From Octopus vulgaris (Eukaryota): 64,000 nucleotides of DNA. Positions 55,746 through 64,000 of this stretch are shown in pieces (the first letter of the stretch is position 1; each line of letters begins with the position of its first letter). The stretch is from contig OX597814.1 of NCBI GenBank assembly GCA_951406725.2, positions 111,786,001 to 111,850,000 on the forward strand, read 5' to 3'. Under the pieces are notes generated by a model. The model was not told the DNA's origin. It did no database searches and saw nothing but the letters and a program-made list of their open reading frames with translations. A program made the translations under genes and the position numbers.

Positions 55746-56626
55746 GTTTTCCCAATGCGGACACCCAAACAAAACACTAACGTTTTCACACTTTGGGGCA
55801 CTATTCTTCCACTACGACCGTTACGACCCTTGATGTTATGTAAACGAAAGTCCGTCTTAGATGTGTTGTGAGGGAAGTGGAACCTCGCCAGGTTTTAAAC
55901 ATTCTATCACAAAGTATGTGATTCGTGTAAGGTCGTATAAATCCAATATTGAACTAAATTGACATTTATCTGAAGGAAGGACCCAATAATTTCACATAGC
56001 CTTTTCTTCAAGATTAGAAAGCATTAAATTCTAAATAAAACCAAGTAAAGAAAACTGTTCGTTTTTACTATGGCAATGTCAAATTTGCTTTCTCTCTCTC
56101 GCTTTTCTTTTTTAAAGTAATTCATACATTAAAAAGAAAAAAGAAATAACACATAAAACCTCAAATATAATTTAAAATAGAATAAAATAGAAGCAGATTT
56201 TCTCCTCTGCTGAGAACATGGGAAAGCGAACCGGATGTAAAAATGTCTACGAGATAAGCTGTATTAATTATGGTACGCTAATGACAAACAGCTGCACATG
56301 GAAACTGCTGATTGGCTGAACGCCGTGCAAGTTTATATAATAAGCTCAATTCAGCTTTAGACAGAAAACTCCACGTTTTATATTATTTTATACTGGTTCG
56401 GTTTAATCTTTCAGCGAATAAAGAAGTAAAAATTATAAGCGAGGCTTCATTTCAAAGAGAACGTGCTAGATGCAACCAAGTGGCTATAAAGTGTATACAG
56501 ATGAAAACATGCATGTATTTTGTAAGGATGGCCACATATATGTACATGCATGCATACATACATACATACAAACTTACAAATACAAACATACGTATATAGA
56601 TATATACACACAAACGTACATAGATA

Positions 56627-56705
<79 letters not shown>

Positions 56706-56989
56706 TACTTTATCGGTAAGTATATTGGTGCATATATACATAGATAAGTATATTGGCAAATTCATACACACACACATTCACGCACACACACTCACACACA
56801 CATTTCATGTACACTATACGTTCGTATATACAATCTTGCGTATATACAACCATCCATACATATGTACATTAGATATTGGTGAATCCATCCATTCATATAT
56901 ACGTATGCATATATGTATATATGCATATATATGTATGTATATATATATGTATGTATATATATGTATTATATACGCACATATATACACAT

Positions 56990-57026
<37 letters not shown>

Positions 57027-57153
57027 CACACACACAGGCATATTTATATATGTCTTTTCAATATATATGTATGTATAAACAACCTATAAATGTATATGCA
57101 TATATCCTTCATAGTATATATGTACTCAAGTGAGTTTATGTAAATGCTTATGC

Positions 57154-57193
<40 letters not shown>

Positions 57194-57374
57194 AAGCAAG
57201 AAGCCACATCCACCGAGGTCATTAAAACCAAGTAATTATGTAAGCAGCGTAGAGCTAAACAAGCGAATAATGAGAAACACATAAAAAAAAGATACTTGGA
57301 GAAAAACTCGTCTGTGTATGTATTAGCTGCTATTCGTACATGTACATACACACATCCATACATCCATACACACC

Positions 57375-57420
<46 letters not shown>

Positions 57421-57701
57421 CATACATGTTTATACCTACATATATGTATATATGTATATTTGTATGAATATAGATAGATATATGTGTGTATGCATATATA
57501 TGTTTTATATATATATATGTAAATACATGTATGTATGTATATGTATGTACATACATACATACAGACATACATTACGGCGATAAGATATGCGTGTGTGAGT
57601 GTGTGTATGTGTGTATATGTGCATTTATGTATACATATATATATGTGTGTAGGTGTGTGTAGGTGGGTATGTATATAAATATATATATGTATGTATAAAT
57701 G

Positions 57702-57752
<51 letters not shown>

Positions 57753-57850
57753 AAATGTATATATATATATATATAATGTTTATGAATTTGCATGTATGTG
57801 TGTGTATATATATATATATAAATATATATGTATATGCATATCTGTATGTG

Positions 57851-57906
<56 letters not shown>

Positions 57907-57950
57907 TATATATATATGTATATATGTATATATGTATATACTTATATGTA

Positions 57951-57997
<47 letters not shown>

Positions 57998-59034
57998 CGA
58001 TGATAATAAGGCATGACGAACGCCGTGTTGCGATTTGATAACATAAGCATCTTACATTTAATATTAACACATCACACTTTCTTCTTCTTCTTCCACCACC
58101 ACCTCCTCCTCCTCTCCATCCTCTCCACCCTCTCCCTCTTCTCCATCCTCTCCCCCTCATCTTATTTATAGCAAAAAGCTACGTAATGTCACACAGACAA
58201 GACTGTCTACCGCCATTCCATTTTCCATTAACAAACACCAGCGAATGTTACATCCACCGTCACTTTCTTTCTTTTATTTATCATCAGGTATTTTATTTTA
58301 TGCAGTTGAACATCGATTCAGCGATAGAATACATTTCGATCTATGATCGATATATCTATAAAATAATGTTATAATATATATCCTGAATAAGAAGCGATTT
58401 TTGCCGTTTATACTATGGCTAAAAAAGCTGTTGTCTTAGCAAATATAATATTTTCAACGTAACTCAAAATTGTATCAAATTTATCTTTGCACATTTTTTT
58501 AAGGATTGAACATCAGCCATCTTAGGGTCCCACTTTGAAGGACTTAGTCAAGCAAATCAGCCCCAGTACTTATTTCTTTTTGACTGTGGTGCTTGTTCTA
58601 TCGTTCTTCTTTTGCCGAATTGCTAAGTTACAGGAATATAAACCAACTCTGGTTATCAAGTAGTGATGGGTAACAACAACCAATCACACTACATCCATAC
58701 ATACACACATACACACATTACATGTCCAGATATGCAACTATATGCATGAGAATACACACATAAAACATACAAATCTGCACATACATACATACATACATAC
58801 ATACATACATACATCATGTCTAGATATGCAACTATATGCAAGAGGATGCATATATAAAACAAAACATACAAATCTGCACATATACATACAAAAATAACCT
58901 TTTGATGTTTTTGAAATACCAATGAAGGAGTCCTGGATCTAGTTAGAAACCGGTTCCTTCTCTATTGGCAAGAAATCTTGAAATAAAACTGAATAATGAC
59001 ACATACACACACACACACACTCACACACACACAC

Positions 59035-59070
<36 letters not shown>

Positions 59071-59369
59071 TCACACACTCTCTCACACACACACTCTCAC
59101 ACACACATGAATAGAACAGATAAACACCCATATATACCCATGTGCTAAGAGGTAAACTAACAGGCCGTTCCTTAGAACGGTTCATGGCAGTTCAAAACAT
59201 TAATTCTGTTACAGAATGTAGTAACTCAATGCATATTTACAGAATAACCAAGGAAGTATAAAACAGTTGAAAAGAACAGATAACATGGTACTGTAGGCTG
59301 CAGGTAGCAAGCCCGCTGTGCATACAAGACTCCAAGAATTTCAACAAAACCTCAGTTAATAATAACAAC

Positions 59370-59690
59370 GATAAGCCGGAGATGACTTTTAAGATGGGAA
59401 TATCTGAAATTAACTCGACTGCTCTCACAAACGTGAATACTAAAAATGAACTCGACTACTCTCAAAAATTAAATAAAAAAACTGGAAAAATAATCCAGAA
59501 TCCTTGTCCGGTACCGGATCGATCCCAAAATCTAGTAAGTTCGTGCCAGTCACAAGGCCAAACATCCCTGAAAGTTTCATTTGAATCCATCCAGCGGTTC
59601 TTGAGATATCTTGTCCACGGACAAACAAACAAACAAGCAAACACGACTGAAAACAATACCTCCGCCTTTGTTAAGACGGAGGCAATAATT
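59370..59690 (-). mobile_element. DINE-1/HINE-like element, second copy
   Basis: Reverse complement of most of 18661-18960. Confidence 0.75.
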
Positions 59691-59810
59691 ATAAAAGTAA
59701 ATGATAAAATAGGTTTATCAAAGAAATTAGCTTCAAAGGAAGATATGTGTGCTCTGACAGAATCATTTTCTAAAGAGAAATAGGTTGACCATTCCAGTAT
59801 TAATTTAGAT

Positions 59811-60151
59811 CAGGAATTCTCAACTATTTTTTTTTATCTTTGATTACTATCCTATTCTGGGGGACCTCCATAGCCATTCGATGTTTAAAAACTAGTTTTA
59901 TAGCAATTTATTTCAAAATTTCTATTTTTTCTTTTTTTTTTCACTCATTAACTTGTATAGGTTGAACTATGTAAAATGTTAGAGAAAGAAACCCGGCTGT
60001 TTCTAGCAATACATACATCTAAAGCAAAATTTTTTCAGGGGCTCCTTAAAATACTGTTGTGGATCCCCAATTAACTATTTTGTTGTGTTGATCCCCCAAA
60101 AACTTATATGGACCATGAGGGGTCCATATGAACCCCAGTAGAGAACCACTG
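59811..60151 (+). mobile_element. hAT/Charlie-like MITE
   Basis: Ends caggaattctcaact and agtagagaaccactg; 8-bp TSD atttagat/atttcgat. Confidence 0.75.
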
Positions 60152-60258
60152 ATTTCGATGAGTAAAAGAATAAATGAATTCTATGACCAGTTGGGAGAGA
60201 CCTAAAGGGAGAACAAAATAAGGTTTAGAAACAGAAATGATGGCTTCCCTATTACTGC

Positions 60259-60313
<55 letters not shown>

Positions 60314-60439
60314 TGCTTTCAAATTTTGTGTCACTTGTCTGTTTTCCATTTTTTTCTCTCGTTGTTTGCGTACTCACTTCATGTGTTTCGTACTTAATGT
60401 TATTTACAGTTGGTGACGTCCTGTACCCATTTATGCATA

Positions 60440-60480
<41 letters not shown>

Positions 60481-60639
60481 TTAAGGGTTTAGCAACAAGT
60501 TGCTTCACCACATACCGAAAATTTAGAAATAGCACCCAAAGACAGCTAATTCCTTTTAACTACAAATATGACTCCACAGGCAACAATATTTGTAACTCAC
60601 ATAGGCAAAAAGAAGGAAAACTAACAAAATCAAACAGTC

Positions 60640-60775
<136 letters not shown>

Positions 60776-61000
60776 GGTGGAAATTTGGAGAAAAAAAAGA
60801 CGAAGACGGGTGTGTGAATAACAAGCAGGTATATTAGTTTGACGCTCGGGAAAAATGAAAAAGGTATTTTTTGTTTCGAGCCTACGCTCTTTAACAAAAA
60901 AGGAATAAGAGAAAATAAACAGGCAGAGAATGAAAAACACTTGTAAATTTCAGCGGTCCGACATTGTGAATGTATGTATGTATGTATGTATGTATGTATG

Positions 61001-61031
<31 letters not shown>

Positions 61032-61302
61032 TATGCGTGTGTGTATGTGTATGTACATGTGTGTGTCTGTGTATGTATCTGTATTGTTTATTCTTTCACA
61101 CACACACACATGTACATACACATACACACACGCATATTACGCTCACACTTATACACACATCACACACATAAAGGTGGAGGAGCTTGCTTCCCAGTCACAT
61201 GGTTCTGGGTTCAGTCCCACTACGTAGCACCTTGGGCCTATACTCGGCCCGACTAAAGCCTTGTGAGTGGATTTGGTAGACGGAAACTGAAAGAAGCCTG
61301 TC

Positions 61303-61343
<41 letters not shown>

Positions 61344-61581
61344 TATACATATACATATATATATATATATACATATATATATATGTATATACACAGATAT
61401 ACATATACATACATACACACACGCACACACCGTTATTGTTTTTACGTTTTTGTATTCTTATTGTTGTCACGTATTCTGTATTTTTGTTCGTGTACTTCGT
61501 TCGTTTTCCGTCCTCGTGTTGTATACATTCGAAGCTTTCTTCCAGGGGATCTAATGCACTTGGCTTAGATTTCCCGTGGCG

Positions 61582-61654
61582 GGCTGGCCATATCGGAGCA
61601 ATCTCAAGATTAATCAGCCGAAATTGCTAAGATGATCTGGTTCTTGACTGATGA
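61582..61654 (+). ncRNA. Hammerhead ribozyme motif with non-canonical (pseudoknotted) strand order, copy 1
   Basis: GGCUG...AGCAA-U-C-UCAAGA..CAGCC-GAAA-UUGCU...UCUUGA-CUGAUGA: stems I (6 bp), II (5 bp) and III (6 bp) all in hammerhead register. Confidence 0.7.
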
Positions 61655-62374
61655 CTGAGGACTTCGAATGTCCCGTCCTGTGGTTCTTGTGTCGTCTCTG
61701 TGGCGTTTCATGTTCTTGTCCATGTCTGTAATTATTTTTACTGTTTACCTATATAATCGGCGGCTACGTATCCACAATTGTCCTTATACGATAAGTATAT
61801 TTTTTTCTCAAGCATTGATACGACTCTTAATCTTTCTTTCCTTCCTTTCTTTTCTCTCTCTCTCCTCCCTTATTCCCCCTCCTTTCTTTCCCTCTCCATC
61901 CGTTTCCCCCCCTTCTACGTTTCTCTATCTCTCTCACCTCCAGCCCCCTCGATCTGTCTCTTTCTTCTCCTCCCTCGTCCACCTTCTCTCTCTTTTCATC
62001 TGTCCCTTTCTCTTGTCTTTTGTTCTCACGTGACCGCTAGCCGCTGTTGAACGCTCTTTTCGTTCCAGCAGCCGTTGAAGCAACACGTACTTGTTCGTCT
62101 CCCTGTGGCCATTAGGCACAACTTCATAAGCTAGCCCCATGCTCAATTCGTCCTGTCGAAAGACCCTTGTCCTACGTCCTGGTTTTGTTTTGTTGTTTAT
62201 TATTTTTTATACTTTATTTTTACCGTTATTGTTTTTACGTTTTTGTATTCTTATTGTTGTCACGTATTCTGTATTTTTGTTCGTGTACTTCGTTCGTTTT
62301 CCGTCCTCGTGTTGTATACATTCGAAGCTTTCTTCCAGGGGATCTAATGCACTTGGCTTAGATTTCCCGTGGCG

Positions 62375-62447
62375 GGCTGGCCATATCGGAGCAATCTCAA
62401 GATTAATCAGCCGAAATTGCTAAGATGATCTGGTTCTTGACTGATGA
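62375..62447 (+). ncRNA. Hammerhead ribozyme motif with non-canonical strand order, copy 2
   Basis: Same sequence as 61582-61654. Confidence 0.7.
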
Positions 62448-62540
62448 CTGAGGGCTTCGAATGTCCCGTCCTGTGGTTCTTGTGTCGTCTCTGTGGCGTT
62501 TCATGTTCTTGTCCATGTCTGTAATTATTTTTACTGTTTA

Positions 62541-62584
<44 letters not shown>

Positions 62585-63379
62585 TATATATATATAAATA
62601 TATATATACACGCATATGTTTGTGTGTCTGTGTTTCCCCCACCATCGCTTGACAACCGATGTTGGTGTGTTTACGTCTCCGTAACTTAGCGGTTCGGCAA
62701 AAGAAACCGATAGAATAAAAACTAGGCTTGCAAAGAATAAGTTTTGGGTTCTATTTGTTCGACCAAAAGCGGTGCTCCAGCATGGCCGCAGTCAAATCAC
62801 TGAAACAAAAGAATAAAAAAGTACATGCGCAGACAAAACAAACGCACACAGAAAGACATACACACACACATATGTAAACACACGCGTTTACACACACCGC
62901 ACACAAACGCATATACTCAAACATACAAACACCCGCGCACACATACATACGTAATGCATGTCCATTGTCCATGTTCCATCTCATTCTGCCCTGTCCAACT
63001 CCCCTTCCTCCTACCGCCATTGCGTCTCTCCTAAAACAACACACCTCCCACTGCTCACCTTCTTTGTTTCTCTCTCTCAAACAATATATCTTTCAATCTC
63101 TTTTTTCTTTCTCTCTCTCTCTTCTCTAGACACATCCCCACCACCATTATTGTCTCATCTGTTTGCAATCACAACAAAACTTTCACTTTCTTATTAACCT
63201 ACTGTTTGCTATTCTGTCATCTAGTCTCTCTCTCCCCTCTCTCTCTCCTTCTTTTTCTCTCCTCTCCTCTCCTCTCTGTTTCTTCTCTACTCTTTGTCTC
63301 TCTCCTCCACTCTCCCTATTTCATCTCTTTTCACCTCTCGCTTCACCGCTTGAAGAATCAACATTATTGTACTTCGAAA

Positions 63380-63492
63380 GATCCTTTAGGGGTCGTTAAA
63401 TTAAGTACCAGTTGAGTACTGAGGTCAGTCTGATCGACTGGCCCACTCCCCCTCCAAATTTCAGGCCTTGTGCCTATATAAGAAAGGATTAT
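63380..63492 (+). mobile_element. SINE family A 3' fragment
   Basis: ggggtcg..aaattaagtaccag...aggccttgtgccta..agaaaggattatt. Confidence 0.7.
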
Positions 63493-64000
63493 TGTTTTTC
63501 GGAAGATAATGAAAAGTCTAAGTTTTACTAAAGAAACCCAATAAGACCATAACATGTCCGGAGTTGCCTCCCCTATGCTTATCGTAGAAAATGGCTCAAC
63601 TCAAGCTAACTCAAATAATTTAATTTAGCTGCCTTCTTGATTGGCAACATCTAATCTGCGGAGATCAAGAAAAACTGATTCCAGTCACGGATCTGCATCT
63701 TGTAAATACATTCGTTTTACTCATACTTCGAAGACACTGACAGACTGTCTGACGGAGGCGAGCAACCTGAAATTTTGAAGTCACTGTTAAACTTTTTTTT
63801 TCTGTAGTTTCATCTCAGAGCTGCGGCCATGCTGATGCACCGCCGTTGAATTTTAAAACATGTACTCTACTAAATTGTAAGGCTATATTATTTTTTAATA
63901 TTCTATATAACATGACATAAAACCCAACATTAATATATACGTTGGGGAGCTGAAAAGATCCTGGTTTAAGGGTATCGTGAAAGGCCTGATTGGAGGTCCA

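Larger units (their letters stand above)
61429..62548 (+). mobile_element. Non-coding retroelement with 327-bp direct repeats (pseudo-LTR or retrozyme-like)
   Basis: 61429-61755 and 62222-62548 are near-identical (offset 793; one substitution seen); no real ORF. Confidence 0.85.
61170..62820 (+). mobile_element. SINE family B split in its internal microsatellite (head 61170-61305, body 62615-62820)
   Basis: Both halves are in the same orientation around the inserted direct-repeat element. Confidence 0.8.

Noticed and set aside
63660-63775. Possible minus-strand exon after a tttcag acceptor
   Set aside because: All three frames close within about 35 codons and give no recognisable protein.

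Overview
Eukaryotic, AT-rich, microsatellite-saturated DNA with no recognisable intact host gene. The SINE, LINE and simple-repeat content looks like a coleoid cephalopod, most likely Octopus (inference from repeat families I recognise). Nearly all ORFs in the supplied track are artefacts of (CA)n, (TA)n, (TATG)n, (TATC)n and triplet repeats. The real coding remnants are transposon fossils: Tc1 and mariner transposases, RTE/BovB-like, Tx1/L1-like and R4/Dong-like LINEs, a Penelope GIY-YIG endonuclease, and an ORF1-only (HAL1-like) element. Many tRNA-derived SINEs, hAT and Tigger-like MITEs and Helentron-type (DINE-1-like) elements are also present. The most striking signal is RNA-level. A small non-coding element with 327-bp direct repeats (61429-62548) carries in each repeat a complete hammerhead-ribozyme core with perfect stems I, II and III. 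Its strands are in a pseudoknotted order that is not one of the type I/II/III circular permutations, and three decayed relatives elsewhere show the same order with different stem sequences. Several minimal type I hammerheads are also present. A (TATC)n-associated Tx1-like LINE shares its 3' tail with the HAL1-like element and a multimeric SINE. All structures were read by eye; none were computed or tested, and many repeat boundaries are approximate.
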